From positions 352,001 to 416,000 of the forward strand of contig CAVTHK010000001.1 in the NCBI GenBank assembly GCA_963734495.1: a stretch of DNA of 64,000 bases. The letters are read 5' to 3'. Below, one piece after another: positions 33,283 through 46,940 of this stretch. The translations under genes and the position numbers were made by a program. The notes beneath the pieces were generated by a model. That model was given only the letters and a program-made list of their open reading frames with translations. It was not told the origin of the DNA and made no database searches. Within the stretch, counting starts at the first letter, position 1; every line of letters starts with the position of its first letter. Source of the DNA: an uncultured Spirochaetota bacterium. Its GTDB lineage: Bacteria; Spirochaetota; Spirochaetia; SZUA-6; CAVTHK01.

Positions 33283-34868
33283 ATGCTTCCCGAGGATGCC
33301 CTCTTCGCGGGGCTCACCAACGAAGGGCGCTGGCAGCGCTACTGCGGGTTCCTCCATCTCAGCGTCGCGGAATTCCTCGAGATCCAGAACCGCCTCCTCG
33401 ACGACCAGATCCGGCGCGTGTCCGGGAGCCTGCTCGGCCGCAAGATTTTGGGCGATCGCCCGCCGCGGAACGCCGAGGAGTTCCGGGCGCGCGCGCCGCT
33501 CACCAGCTTCGACGACTACGACCCCTGGCTGAGCAACAGGGACGAGAGCGCGCTCGCCGCAAAACCCTGCGTGTGGTGCCACTCCTCGGGACGGGGAGGC
33601 CGCTTCAAATGGGTCCCGCACAGCGTCGAGGTGATGGACAACACGGCGCGCAACGTCTTCGCGGTCTGCGTCCTCGCCTCGGCCTCGGCGCGGGGTGAGA
33701 TCAACGTGGCGCCGGGGCTGCGTTTCCTCACGACGCTCGCGCCGTCGCCGTATACCTCGGGGATCATCTTCGACCATTTCGCGAAACGGTTCACCATCCG
33801 CCGCATCCCGCCTCCCGAATCCGTGGAGGATCTCCCCTTTCAGCAGCAGGTGGCGCGTGCGTTCGAGCTCGCGATGCGGGACGGCTTCGATGTGGCCGGC
33901 GCCATCGCAAGCATCCTCGTCAAGATGGGCCAGCAGATCGCCGGCGGCGCGGGCCGGATCTCGTGGAGGATGCTCCACCCGCGGACGCTGGCGCGCCTGG
34001 CGCGGGCGGCGCTGCGCGCCCGGCGCGAAGGCCGCCCCGTCTACCCGCGTGACCTGTGGACACCGAAAGGCATCCTCGCCTCCGGACTCGACATGGCCAT
34101 CTACCGCGAGGAGGTCAAGCGCTACTGGGGCGTGACGCCCTTCGACGCCTACGTCGCCACCGAATCGATGATCCTCGGGATGCACGCCTGGAACAAGAAG
34201 CACCTGACCCTGGTCCCGGACTCGGTCTTCCTCGAGTTCCTGCCGCTTCTCGAGAACGGCGACGCATCCGGACAGCCTCCCGTCCTTCTGGACCAGTTGG
34301 AGCGGGGCCGGCTCTACGAGGTCGTGATCACGCATTTCTACGGCATGCCCCTGCTGCGCTATCGGCTCGGCGACATCCTCCGGGTGACGAGCCTGCAGGA
34401 TGAGGAGACCGGAGTCGAGCTCCCGCAGTTCGAGGTGCAGCGCAAAGTCGGCGACGCGATCAACCTCGGAGGGCTCTGCGCCCTGGATGAGCGCGTCATC
34501 TGGTCGGCGATCGCGGCCACCGGACTCCAGTACGCGGACTGGTCGGCCTTCAAGGAGTACGACCAGACGCGCACGTTCTTGAGGCTGGTGATCGAGCTCA
34601 CTGAGGCCCGTCCGGCGGCTGAAGTCAGCGCCATGGTGGACGCGCAGCTCAAGGAAGTCGACGTCGACTATCGCGACGTCGAGCGCTACCTCGGTGAGAA
34701 GCCGATCCGCACGACGGTGCTGCCGCCGGGGGCGTTCGCCCGCTACACGGCGGAGATGGTCAGAGGCGGCGCGGACATCGCCCACCTCAAGCCCAACCGC
34801 ATCAACCCTCCCGCACAGGTTCTCGAACGGCTGCTCGGCGCCGCGGGGGTGGTGGAAAAGGAAAAGGG

Positions 34869-34872
<4 letters not shown>
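33283..34872 (+). CDS. GH3 family acyl-adenylate-forming enzyme (auxin-responsive GH3-like)
   Basis: EEFRARAPLTSFDDY, HSSGRGGRFKWVP (motif I), YVATE (motif II), FLEFLP, LLRYRLGD (motif III). Confidence 0.82.
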
Positions 34873-37663
<2,791 letters not shown>

Positions 37664-37729
37664 AGCCGCCCGCGCGCGACCCCGGGCCGCGGGGCCCCGG
37701 GCCGCAGGGCCGCGGGGCCGCCGCTTCGC

Positions 37730-38959
37730 TCACGCGAGGAACAGCATGTAGACCAGCGTGTTGACCAGGGTGAGAGGGACCCCGATCCGCGCGAACTCGA
37801 GAAAGGTGAGCGTCTCGCCGCGCCGCTCGGCATTCTGGATGATGATCACGTTGCTGGCCGCCCCGAGGATGAAGAGGTTGCCCGCGATCGTGCTGCCCGC
37901 GGCCAGCGCGGTGAGCGCCTCGGGCGAGGCGCCCGCGTCGCGGAGCGCCGGCAGCAGCATGGCCACCAGCGGCACGTTGGAGACGAGCTGGCTCGCCCCG
38001 ACGCTGACCGCGAGGATCACGGGCACCCGGGTCAGGCCCGCCCCCGCCCGGCCGACGACTTCCTGGAAGAGCCCCGAGTCCCAGACGCTGCGCATGAGCA
38101 CGAACATCGCGGCAAAGAACACGAGCGTGCTCCAGTCCAGGTCGCGCACGAGGGCCCAGCGCCTGCGGCTGGCCAGCAGCAGGGGCGCGGCCGCCGCGAC
38201 GGCGACGGCGGCGAGCGGGAGGTCGAACGCCACGGGCAGGAACGCCAGCGCGATCTTCGCCGCGATGGCCGCGAGGGCGAGCCGCACCGACAGCCTGCAG
38301 AGGCGCGCGAGCGCCGGGTCGCGGATCGCGACGGCCTCGGTTTCCGCGGGCGCCGCTTCGACGCGGTAGAACAGCCGCAGCAGCAGCGCAGCCGCGGCGA
38401 GGTTCACCAGCGTCGGCAGCACCAGCCAGCGGGCGAACGTCACAAAGGGGTTCGGGATGCCGCCCGCGAGGGCGATCAACAGGTTCTGCGGATTGCCGAT
38501 CGGGCTGGGCACACTGCCGATCGTCACGGCGAAGGCGAGGGCGAGCAGAGCCATCTTCGGCGGGAGGCGCCGGGCGCGGGCGGCGGCCAGCACCACGGGA
38601 GTGCCCACGATCGCCACGGTGTCGTTCATCAGCAGGGCCGAAGCGCCCCCCATGACCAGCAGCACCACTACCATGACGGCGCCCGCGGAGCGGACGCGCG
38701 CGAACAGGCGCGCGGTCACGAACGCGAGATAGCCGCTTTCCTCCAGCGCCTGCCCCACGACGAACATGCCCGCGAGAAAGAGCATCACGTCCGGGTTGAT
38801 CGCGCGCAGCGCCGCAGCCGGGGCGATCTGGCCGGTGAGCAGCACCGCGGCCGCGCCCGCGAGCATCACCTGCCAGATGCGCAGGCGCAGGCGCCCGACC
38901 CGGCGGGCCGCGGTCAGCGCGATCACGATGCCGAGGACGGCGATGGGGACGGGCTTCAC
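37730..38959 (-). CDS. anion permease, ArsB/NhaD/CitMHS (ion transporter) superfamily
   Basis: SALLMND, SPIGNPQNLLIA, SQLVSNVP, GSTIAGNL..GAASN motifs. Confidence 0.85.
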   Translation of the reverse strand: MKPVPIAVLGIVIALTAARRVGRLRLRIWQVMLAGAAAVLLTGQIAPAAALRAINPDVMLFLAGMFVVGQALEESGYLAFVTARLFARVRSAGAVMVVVLLVMGGASALLMNDTVAIVGTPVVLAAARARRLPPKMALLALAFAVTIGSVPSPIGNPQNLLIALAGGIPNPFVTFARWLVLPTLVNLAAAALLLRLFYRVEAAPAETEAVAIRDPALARLCRLSVRLALAAIAAKIALAFLPVAFDLPLAAVAVAAAAPLLLASRRRWALVRDLDWSTLVFFAAMFVLMRSVWDSGLFQEVVGRAGAGLTRVPVILAVSVGASQLVSNVPLVAMLLPALRDAGASPEALTALAAGSTIAGNLFILGAASNVIIIQNAERRGETLTFLEFARIGVPLTLVNTLVYMLFLA

Positions 38960-39017
38960 CTCGCGGCTTCTCGCGTCGGGGCCCGGGCTGTGACCCGCAT
39001 CGAGGCTCCGGGCATCC

Positions 39018-39578
39018 TCATGCGAACCAGCGGTTCCAGCTGATGACCTCCGCCGGTTCCTTGCGGGTCCGCGGGCTGTGCTCCTGCTCCTTGTGCTTGT
39101 CGCTCAGGTGATCCTCCGGGCCCGGGTAGCCGATGTTGATCAGCGTGAGAAGGATGTACTCCGGGGGGATGGCCAGGCTCTTCTTGATGGCCACCGCGTC
39201 GAATCCCGCGATCGGGTGCGCGATGAGCCCCTCGCGCGTGGTCTGCAGCATCAGGTTCATGCCTGCCATCCCCGCGCCGAAAAAGGCGTAGTCCCGGCCG
39301 TCGTCGCGGCGGCAGTCCAGGTCCACCTTGGTGAGGACGAGGATGATCAGCGGCGCTTTCTTCGCCCAGTAGTTGCCGCCCGACAGGCCCTCCTTGACGC
39401 GGCCGAGCGCCGGCTCTTCGCTCGCGACGACGAAGCGCCACGGCTGCATGTTCGCGCACGATGGCGCAAGAGTCGCGGCCGTGAGCATGCGCTCGATCAC
39501 GTCCGTCGGGACGCGACGCGTCCCGTCGATCGCTCGCAGGGCGCGTCGCTTCTCTATCTCGGGAACGAGGCTTTCCAT
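39018..39578 (-). CDS. nitroreductase family protein
   Basis: KRRALR, LAPSCANMQPWRFVV, GLIAHPIAGFD, IGYP; GAAGGAG SD. Confidence 0.88.
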   Translation of the reverse strand: MESLVPEIEKRRALRAIDGTRRVPTDVIERMLTAATLAPSCANMQPWRFVVASEEPALGRVKEGLSGGNYWAKKAPLIILVLTKVDLDCRRDDGRDYAFFGAGMAGMNLMLQTTREGLIAHPIAGFDAVAIKKSLAIPPEYILLTLINIGYPGPEDHLSDKHKEQEHSPRTRKEPAEVISWNRWFA

Positions 39579-39643
39579 GATGGCTCCTTCACCACCGAGT
39601 ATGCCCCCGAGAGGGACGGGCGGGAAGCCCGTGGGGCGCTCCC

Positions 39644-40369
39644 TCAGGGGCCCAGGTCGTATTCGATCGCGTAGGAGAGCGGCTCGCGCAGCAGCAGCGC
39701 GTCGAGCAGCGGGATCTCGAAGCGCACGGTGCTCCCCTCGATGCGGCCGCCCTTCTGGGAGACGATGCGGCCGGGGACGCGCACGCTCACGTCGATGCGC
39801 GAGGAGCGCACCCACTTCGGAGCATCGTCGCCCACGGTGAACGCAAGGACGTCGTCGTACTCGCTCTCAGTGTACGGGTTCTTCTCCTGGGGCCCGAGCG
39901 AGTCGAAGAGCTGGTTGTCCGCTCCGGGGATCAGGGGTTTGATCCTGGCGTAGTTCGCGGCGTCGAGGTAGACGCGGAGCGTGCGCCGGCTGCCGTTGCG
40001 CTCCAGAGTCACGAGCGGCGGCCGGCCCGCGGCCGCCGGCTCGGCGCCGGCGAGCGCGGTGATGTCGGTGAGCGCCAGCGTCATCTCGAGGCGCTCCCGC
40101 GACGGGATCGCAAGACGGGTCACGGTCACGCCGGCGAACGAAGCCGCGCCCTTGCGGATCGCCTGCTCGTCGAAGATGCCGGAGCTTCCCTGCTTTACCC
40201 CCAGCGTCTTCGCGTCCTCGGCCATCGACGCGAGCCAGTCCGCGAACGCGGGCTGCAGGTCGACCCGGACCGCGACCGTGGCCGAGCCGTTGCTCGCCAG
40301 GTCCACGTCCTGTCGCACGGCGCACGAGGCGACCACGAGGCAGGCGAACGACAGAAGAAGGGGTCTCAC
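39644..40369 (-). CDS. hypothetical lipoprotein
   Basis: GTG start, VRPLLLSFACLVVASC lipobox; upstream TTGCGG-17-TACTTT-8 nt. Confidence 0.65.
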   Translation of the reverse strand: MRPLLLSFACLVVASCAVRQDVDLASNGSATVAVRVDLQPAFADWLASMAEDAKTLGVKQGSSGIFDEQAIRKGAASFAGVTVTRLAIPSRERLEMTLALTDITALAGAEPAAAGRPPLVTLERNGSRRTLRVYLDAANYARIKPLIPGADNQLFDSLGPQEKNPYTESEYDDVLAFTVGDDAPKWVRSSRIDVSVRVPGRIVSQKGGRIEGSTVRFEIPLLDALLLREPLSYAIEYDLGP

Positions 40370-40443
40370 AGGAAAGGAAAGTAGCCCGCCGCGGCGCGCT
40401 CCGCAAGGAGCGTCAGGGAACGCCCGCCGGGGCCGCCCGCCGT

Positions 40444-41538
40444 TCAATCCCGCCGCCCCTCTCCCCGTGTCCCGAACTGCGCGAATATCGTCGCGAGGTC
40501 GATCGTGCCGACGACGCGTCCACGGCCGTCGACGACGGGGAGGAGGTTTTCGCCCGCCATCAGCATCGCCGAGAGCACCTCGTTCAGGTTCGCGTTGCGG
40601 TCCACGGCCACCGGCTGCGTGTCGCGTGTCGCGCGCCCGTCGCCGTTGCTGACCAGCCGCGATGCGAGGCGCCCCTCGCCGTCGACCAGGAGGGCGAGGC
40701 TCACGCCTGCCTCGGCGAGGCGCCCGGCGAGCGCGCCGTCGGTCTGCGCGGCCGGGGCCACGACGTAGCCTTCCGTCGCCGCGAAGTCGCGGGCCTTCTT
40801 CAAGGCGAGCGCCTTGAGGTTGCGGTCGCGGCCGAGGAGCTGCTCGACAAAGGAATCGGCGGGCCGCAGCAGCAGACGGGCGGCGCTGTCGTGCTGCACC
40901 AGCGCGCCGTCGCGCAGCACCGCGATCCTGTCGCCGAGCTTGATCGCCTCGTTGATGTCGTGCGTCACGAAGACGACCGTCTTGCGGATCCGCTCCTGCA
41001 CGTCGAGCAGCATGTCCTGCAGCCGCGCGCGGTTGATCGGGTCGATCGCGCCGAACGGCTCGTCCATCAGGAGAACATCGGGGTCCGCCGAGAGGGCGCG
41101 CGCGAGCCCGACCCGCTGCCGCTCGCCCCCGGAGAGCTCGTGCGGGTAGAGGGGGGCGAACCCGGGGTCGAGGGTCACGAGGTCGAGGACCTCGCGGACG
41201 CGGTCTTCCATGCGGCTGCGCGGCCACTTGAGGAGGCGCGGGACGACCGAGATGTTCTCGGCCACGGACAGGTGGGGGAACAGCCCGACGTCCTGGATGA
41301 CGTAGCCGATCCCCCTCCGCAGCGCGACGGGGTCGACGCCCGAGATCGAGCGGCCGTGGACCTTGACGTCGCCCGAATCCGGGGTGATGAGACGGTTGAT
41401 CATCTTGAGCGACGTGGTCTTCCCGCACCCCGAGGGACCGATGAGCACGGTGAGAGTCCCCGCCTCGATGCGGAGGCTGAGATTCGCCACCGCGACCCTG
41501 GCCCCGTACCGTTTGCTGACGTCGACGAGCTCGATCAC
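40444..41538 (-). CDS. osmoprotectant ABC ATPase (OpuCA/YehX-like) with CBS-like tail
   Basis: GPSGCGKTT, IGYVIQ, LSGGERQRVG, LLMDEPFGAID, VTHD. Confidence 0.9.
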   Translation of the reverse strand: MIELVDVSKRYGARVAVANLSLRIEAGTLTVLIGPSGCGKTTSLKMINRLITPDSGDVKVHGRSISGVDPVALRRGIGYVIQDVGLFPHLSVAENISVVPRLLKWPRSRMEDRVREVLDLVTLDPGFAPLYPHELSGGERQRVGLARALSADPDVLLMDEPFGAIDPINRARLQDMLLDVQERIRKTVVFVTHDINEAIKLGDRIAVLRDGALVQHDSAARLLLRPADSFVEQLLGRDRNLKALALKKARDFAATEGYVVAPAAQTDGALAGRLAEAGVSLALLVDGEGRLASRLVSNGDGRATRDTQPVAVDRNANLNEVLSAMLMAGENLLPVVDGRGRVVGTIDLATIFAQFGTRGEGRRD

Positions 41539-41688
41539 CCCATGCCCCGGCCCCGCCGGCGGCGGGGCGCACCCCTTGAATCTAACTCGTCGTCCGCCGG
41601 GAGGCCACACCAGGCCCGATTGCCGGATTTGACTCGTGGCGGCCGCATCCATAACTTCGTGGCAATTCTTATGCTGGAGGATAGGACG

Positions 41689-42639
41689 ATGAGGCGGAAA
41701 TTCGCGGGAACGATCCTGCTGCTGGTCCTCTCGCTGCCGGCGTCGCTCTGGGCGAGCGGCAGCAGTGAGTCGGCGGCCAAGGGGCCGATCACGGTGGGTT
41801 CGAAGATCGACACCGAGGGGGGCCTTCTCGGTGAGATGATCGTGCTGGTGCTGCGCGACAATGGTTTCCAGGTCGTGGACAAGGTGCAGCTCGGCACGAC
41901 GGACGTGGTGCGCAAGGCGATCATCGCGGGCGAGATCGACATCTACCCGGAGTACACCGGCAACGGCGGCTTCTTTTTCCAGGGCACCGACCCGCAGGTC
42001 TGGAAGGACCCGGAAAAGGCGTACGAGACCGTGAAGAAGCTGGACATGGACGCCAACAAGCTGGCGTGGCTCGCGCCGGCGAGCGCCAACAACACGTGGG
42101 CCGTGGCCGTGCGCAAGGACCTCTCCGACAGCGCCATGATCCGCACGTGGGATGACTTCTCGGCCTACCTCAAAAAGGGCGGCGTGATCAAGCTCGCCGC
42201 GAGCGAGGAGTTCGTCAACAGGCCGGACGCTCTGCCCGGCTTTGAGCAGGCGTACGGCTTTCACCTTTCCAAGGACCAGCTCCTCATCCTGGCGGGCGGG
42301 AACACCGCGACGACGATGAAGGCCGCCGCGGAAAAGACCGACGGCGTCAACGCCGCCATGACCTACGGCACCGACGGCCAGCTCCCCGCGCTCGGGCTCG
42401 TGGTGCTCGAGGACACCAAGCACGTCCAGCCGGTCTACCAGCCGGCGCCGCTCGTGCGCTCGGACGTCCTCGCGAAGTACAACGAAATTGAAGGCCTGCT
42501 CGCGCCCGTGTTCCGCAAGCTCGACCTGGTCACGCTGCAGCGGCTCAACTCCGCCATCGCCGTCGAAGGAAGGAGCGCCGCCGACGTGGCCAGGGAGTTC
42601 CTCACCGCGCAGGGCTTCCTCAAGAAGACCTCGATGTGA
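41689..42639 (+). CDS. osmoprotectant ABC substrate-binding protein (OsmF/YehZ-like)
   Basis: VGSKIDTEG, IDIYPEYTGNG, ANNTWAVAVR, QPVYQPAP; GGAGG SD; upstream TTGACT-17-TAACTT. Confidence 0.9.
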   Translation: MRRKFAGTILLLVLSLPASLWASGSSESAAKGPITVGSKIDTEGGLLGEMIVLVLRDNGFQVVDKVQLGTTDVVRKAIIAGEIDIYPEYTGNGGFFFQGTDPQVWKDPEKAYETVKKLDMDANKLAWLAPASANNTWAVAVRKDLSDSAMIRTWDDFSAYLKKGGVIKLAASEEFVNRPDALPGFEQAYGFHLSKDQLLILAGGNTATTMKAAAEKTDGVNAAMTYGTDGQLPALGLVVLEDTKHVQPVYQPAPLVRSDVLAKYNEIEGLLAPVFRKLDLVTLQRLNSAIAVEGRSAADVAREFLTAQGFLKKTSM

Positions 42640-43805
42640 CGGGGGAGCGCAGCTGGGACCGCAGGGTGGCCCTCGGGGCTCTCTGCGGTCTGGCAGCCGC
42701 GGCGCTGCCCTGGCTCGCCCTCAAGCCCAACCGGGTCGTCCGCGGCACGGCGCTCGCCGCCTGGCAGGTGACCGGGCCGGCGGGCGTCGCGGTGTTCGTG
42801 CTGCTGTGGCTGCTCGCCCTGGCGCTCGCGGCACGCCCCTCGCGCCCGGCGCTCGCGCGCCTGCGGCCTGCCCTCATCGCCTTTGTCGCGGCGGCGGCGC
42901 CGCTGCTGCAGGTCTCGCTCGCGCTCGCGGGAGTCACGCCGCTCGCCGAGCCCGCGGCTCGCGTCTCCTTCGGCTCCGGCGTGTACGTCGCGATCGCCGG
43001 CTCCTACCTGATGCTGATCGGCACCCGGGAAGCGAAGGGGCAGCGGTGGGCCGGGGCTGCGCTCTGGCTCGCCGCCGCGGCGATGGCCGCCCTCGCGCTC
43101 ACGGGGAGGCTCGGGTCGCTCGCCGTGGTGCGCGAGCTCCGCGCGACCGGCGGCCGCTTCGGCGTCGAGCTCGTTAATCACCTCGCCCTGACCGCTGCGG
43201 CCGTCGTTGTCGCGGCCCTGATCGGGATCCCGCTGGGCGTCTGGGCCTACCGCAGCCGCGCGGCCTCCCGGGCGATCCTCTCCTCCGTCGACTCGGTTCA
43301 GACGATCCCCTCGCTGGCCCTCTTCGGCCTGATCATCGTGCCGATCGCGTGGCTTTCGTTCCGCTTTCCTGTGCTGCGCTCCCTCGGCGTCCGCGGGATC
43401 GGGGCCGCTCCCGCGCTCGTCGCGCTGACGCTCTACGCCCTGCTGCCGATCGTGCGCAACACGTACACGGGGCTCTCGGTCGTGCCGCGCTCCATCCTCG
43501 AGGCGGGCCGCGGTATGGGGATGAGCCGGCTGCAGCTCCTCACGCGGGTCGAGATGCCCCTCGCGCTCAGGCTCGTGCTGAGCGGGCTGCGCATCGCCGT
43601 CGTGCAGACCGTCGGCAACACGACGGTGGCGGCGCTCGTGGGCGCGGGCGGTTTTGGAGTCTTCGTGTTCCAGGGCCTCGGGCAGGCGGCCACGGACCTG
43701 GTGCTGCTGGGCGCGATCCCGGTGGTGCTCCTCGCGGCGGCGAGCGACCGGGCGCTCGCCGGGCTCATCGACCTGCTCGCCCCGCCGCAGGAGGCCCGCG
43801 CATGA
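42636..43805 (+). CDS. osmoprotectant ABC permease (YehY-like)
   Basis: KPNRVVRG, QTIPSLALFG, LEAGRGMGMS, GAGGFG. Confidence 0.88.
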   Translation: MTGERSWDRRVALGALCGLAAAALPWLALKPNRVVRGTALAAWQVTGPAGVAVFVLLWLLALALAARPSRPALARLRPALIAFVAAAAPLLQVSLALAGVTPLAEPAARVSFGSGVYVAIAGSYLMLIGTREAKGQRWAGAALWLAAAAMAALALTGRLGSLAVVRELRATGGRFGVELVNHLALTAAAVVVAALIGIPLGVWAYRSRAASRAILSSVDSVQTIPSLALFGLIIVPIAWLSFRFPVLRSLGVRGIGAAPALVALTLYALLPIVRNTYTGLSVVPRSILEAGRGMGMSRLQLLTRVEMPLALRLVLSGLRIAVVQTVGNTTVAALVGAGGFGVFVFQGLGQAATDLVLLGAIPVVLLAAASDRALAGLIDLLAPPQEARA

Positions 43806-44563
43806 GCCTCATCGCCGCTCGCGCGCGGGGCGGCCGCCTCGCCGAGCTGCTGCCGGGGCTCCTCCTCCTCACGGCGACCTGCGGCCTCGCGCTGTTCGCT
43901 CCATTCTGGGACCTCGTCCTGCGCGTGCTTTTCCCGGGGGAGGCGCAGGTGCTCTACCCGAGGGCCCCGCTGACCGAGCTCGTCGGCGAGCACGCCCTCC
44001 TCGTCGGAATCTCGAGCGCCGTGGCCGCCGCGATCGGAATCCCGCTGGGCATCTGGGTGACCCGGCCGGGCGGCCGCGACTTCCGGCTCGCGGTCGATGA
44101 CCTGAGCTCGCTCGCGCAGGCCTTTCCGCCCGTGGCCGTTCTCGCGCTCGCGATCCCGGTCCTCGGCTTCGGCGCGCCGCCGACCCTGGTCGCCCTCACG
44201 CTGTTCAGCATCCTGCCGATCGTGCGCAACACGGTGCGGGGGCTCGAAGGCGTCCCCGAAAGCATCCGGGAGGCGGCGCGCGGCCTGGGGATGAGCCCCG
44301 GGCAGGTCCTGCGGCAGGTCGAGCTGCCGCTCGCGCTGCGGGTGATCCTCGCCGGCGTGCGGATCGCCGTGGTCGTGAACATCGGCACGGCCACCATCGG
44401 CGCGGTCGCGGGCGCCGGCGGGCTCGGCCGGCCCATCATCGCCGGGCTGACCAACCAGAAGCCGGCATACGTGCTCGAAGGCGCGATCGTGGCCGCGCTG
44501 TTCGCCTTTGCCATCGACTTCCTGCTCGCGCGCCTGGAGCGCCTCTTCGCGCCCCCGCGGTGA
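43802..44563 (+). CDS. osmoprotectant ABC permease (YehW-like)
   Basis: QAFPPVAVLAL, REAARGLGMS, GTATIGAVAGAGGLG; ATGA overlap. Confidence 0.88.
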   Translation: MSLIAARARGGRLAELLPGLLLLTATCGLALFAPFWDLVLRVLFPGEAQVLYPRAPLTELVGEHALLVGISSAVAAAIGIPLGIWVTRPGGRDFRLAVDDLSSLAQAFPPVAVLALAIPVLGFGAPPTLVALTLFSILPIVRNTVRGLEGVPESIREAARGLGMSPGQVLRQVELPLALRVILAGVRIAVVVNIGTATIGAVAGAGGLGRPIIAGLTNQKPAYVLEGAIVAALFAFAIDFLLARLERLFAPPR

Positions 44564-44574
44564 GGTCCCCGCGC

Positions 44575-46149
44575 TCAGGGCGCGCGTTCCTCCTGCGGCA
44601 CGGGCCTCTTCTCGACAAGCAGGGCGGACAGCACCGCCGCGACCGCGGCCAGCCCTCCGCACAGCAGCATCATCAGCCGGTAGGTGTCCACGAACGAGCT
44701 GCGCAGGACGAGCGCGACCTGGGGCCGCAGCTCCACGGGCACGCTGTCGGGCACCGCCGCCTGGCCGAGCCCGGCGGTCTGCGCCTCGAGATCAGCGCGC
44801 GCCTGGGCCGGGAGGACGAGCTGCGCGGAGCGCTCCCGCACCGAGCCGCCGAACGCGAACAGGGCGGCCGAGCCCAGGATGGCGATGGCGAGGACGCCCC
44901 CGATGCGCGAGGTGGCGTTGTTGATCCCCGACGCGATCCCCGCAAAGCGGTCCGCCACGGAGCTCATCACGGCGGCCGTCAGCGGCGCGACGGTGATCCC
45001 CATCCCGACCCCTGCCAGGAGAACTATGGGGAAGAAGGTGCTCCAGTACTGCGAGGGGCCTTTCGTCATCCCGATGAGGGAGAACAGCGAGAACGCGACG
45101 GCAACCACGGCCGGGCCGACCAGCAGCGGGACGCGCGGGCCCACGCGGTCGACGAGCCTTCCCGACCACCGCGAGATCGCGGCGAGCACGATGATAAACG
45201 GCAGCGAGGCGAGGCCCGCGACCGACTCGCGGTACCCCTGCCCCTGGATGAGGTTCAGGTTGAAGAAGACGCTGTACTCGTACAGCCCGCCGTAGAGAAA
45301 GAACGTGAGGAGGTTGGTCCCCGCGAAGGTGCGCGAGCGGAAGAGCCGCGGCGGGACCATGGGGTGCGCACGCCGCAGCTCGACCACGACGAAACCGGCC
45401 GTCGCCGCGCAGCCGACCGCGAGAGCGGCGATGACGCGGACATCCGAGAAACCGGTCCTCGGCGCGGACGTGAAGCCATAGGCGAGCCCGGCGAGGCCCG
45501 CCGTGACGAGGGCGGTCCCTGCCCAGTCGATGCCGCCGGCGGGCGCCTCGCTCCGGCTCTCAGGGACCCGGAGCCGCAGCACTATCAGGGCCGCGGCCGC
45601 CACGGGGAGATTCGCGAGGAAGATCACGCGCCACAGCCCCGCCTCCGCCAGCAGTCCGCCGACGAAAGGACCCGCGAGCAGCGCGATCGTCGTGACCGCG
45701 GCCCACGTTCCGAATGCCGCGCCCCTGCGCCGGGGCGGAAACGAGGCGGTGATGAGGGCGAGGCTTCCCGGGATCATCAGGGCGCCGCTCAGGCCCTGCA
45801 GCGAGCGGGCGGCGATGAGCGAGACGGACCCGGGGGCAAGGCCGCACGCGAGCGATGCGACGGCGTAGAGGCCGATGCCCGCCGCGAACACCCGCTTGCG
45901 GCCGAGCCGGTCGCCGAGCGACCCGCCCGCGAGGATGAGGGCGGCGAGGAGCAGCCCGTAGCTGTTGACCACCCAGAGCAGCTGGGCCCCGCTTGCCTTG
46001 AGCTCCGACTGGATCGCCGGCAGCGCGACGTTGAGCGCGCTCTGGTTCACGAAATCCATCGATGACGCGATGATGGTCGCGACCAGCACCCAGCGCCTGG
46101 CCGCCGCGGCGGCCCTGTCATCAGCGGCTTCCACTGGCTTCCCTTTCAA
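44575..46149 (-). CDS. MFS transporter, DHA2 family
   Basis: NVALPAIQ, GSLGDRLGRKR, WRVIFLANLP, ASGINNATSRIGG. TTG start overlaps the cyclase stop (TTGA). Confidence 0.88.
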   Translation of the reverse strand: MKGKPVEAADDRAAAAARRWVLVATIIASSMDFVNQSALNVALPAIQSELKASGAQLLWVVNSYGLLLAALILAGGSLGDRLGRKRVFAAGIGLYAVASLACGLAPGSVSLIAARSLQGLSGALMIPGSLALITASFPPRRRGAAFGTWAAVTTIALLAGPFVGGLLAEAGLWRVIFLANLPVAAAALIVLRLRVPESRSEAPAGGIDWAGTALVTAGLAGLAYGFTSAPRTGFSDVRVIAALAVGCAATAGFVVVELRRAHPMVPPRLFRSRTFAGTNLLTFFLYGGLYEYSVFFNLNLIQGQGYRESVAGLASLPFIIVLAAISRWSGRLVDRVGPRVPLLVGPAVVAVAFSLFSLIGMTKGPSQYWSTFFPIVLLAGVGMGITVAPLTAAVMSSVADRFAGIASGINNATSRIGGVLAIAILGSAALFAFGGSVRERSAQLVLPAQARADLEAQTAGLGQAAVPDSVPVELRPQVALVLRSSFVDTYRLMMLLCGGLAAVAAVLSALLVEKRPVPQEERAP

Positions 46150-46940
46150 TTCTCCGCGCGCAGGACGCGGACTGAGACGGGGGCGCTGCGCCCCTTGAGA
46201 GCCAGGACTCTCTGCTCGAGACCGCCGGCGGCGACCGCCGCATGCTCCAGGGCCTCCTCGGACACGAGCAACTCGCCGGGGCCTGCCACTGAGGCGAGGC
46301 GCGCTGTGGTGTTCACCGCGTCGCCGAGAGCCGTGAACTCGACCATCCCGCCGCGCGACCCGACGGATCCCACGAACGCCACGCCCTTGTGCACCCCGAT
46401 CCCGGTCGGAATCTGTTCGCGGCGGGTCGCCGCGAGCAGGGCTCGGGCCGCCTGGATCGCCTTCTCGGTGTAGCTCGCACCCGCAAACCCGGGGACGTAG
46501 AGCGCCGAGACCTCGTCGCCGGCAAGCTTCTCGATCCACGCGTCGCTGCGGACGAGGATGTCGGTGGCCACCCGGTAGAAGCGGTCGATCAGCGCCCGAA
46601 AGGCAGCGTCGCCGAGCCTCTCCGCCATGCCGGTCGACCCGCGGATGTCGGCGAACAGCATGGCGAGGTCGACCTGGGCGCCGCCGGGGTGTTTTCGCGC
46701 GAAGACCTCGCAGTCGTTGCAGACCGTCGGGTTGTACGTCGACGGGGCCTTGCCCAGAAGCGTCCTCATCACGGCTCCCCCGACGCCCCTGAACGGCGCG
46801 TAGCATATGCGGCAGCGCGGATCGCTCGGGATGTGCCGCACCAGCCGCCTGAACCGCCGCATGTCCTTGTGCTCCCGCCCGGTGGTGAGGACCTCGCGCC
46901 AGGCGACGTCGAGCTGTTCGCGGTCTTGCCTACCCGGCAA
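46146..46940 (-). CDS. class III adenylate cyclase with N-terminal double-CxxC domain
   Basis: CRIC...CNDC, then FADIRGST, EKLAGDE, FTALGDAVNTTARL. Confidence 0.85.
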   Translation of the reverse strand: MPGRQDREQLDVAWREVLTTGREHKDMRRFRRLVRHIPSDPRCRICYAPFRGVGGAVMRTLLGKAPSTYNPTVCNDCEVFARKHPGGAQVDLAMLFADIRGSTGMAERLGDAAFRALIDRFYRVATDILVRSDAWIEKLAGDEVSALYVPGFAGASYTEKAIQAARALLAATRREQIPTGIGVHKGVAFVGSVGSRGGMVEFTALGDAVNTTARLASVAGPGELLVSEEALEHAAVAAGGLEQRVLALKGRSAPVSVRVLRAEN

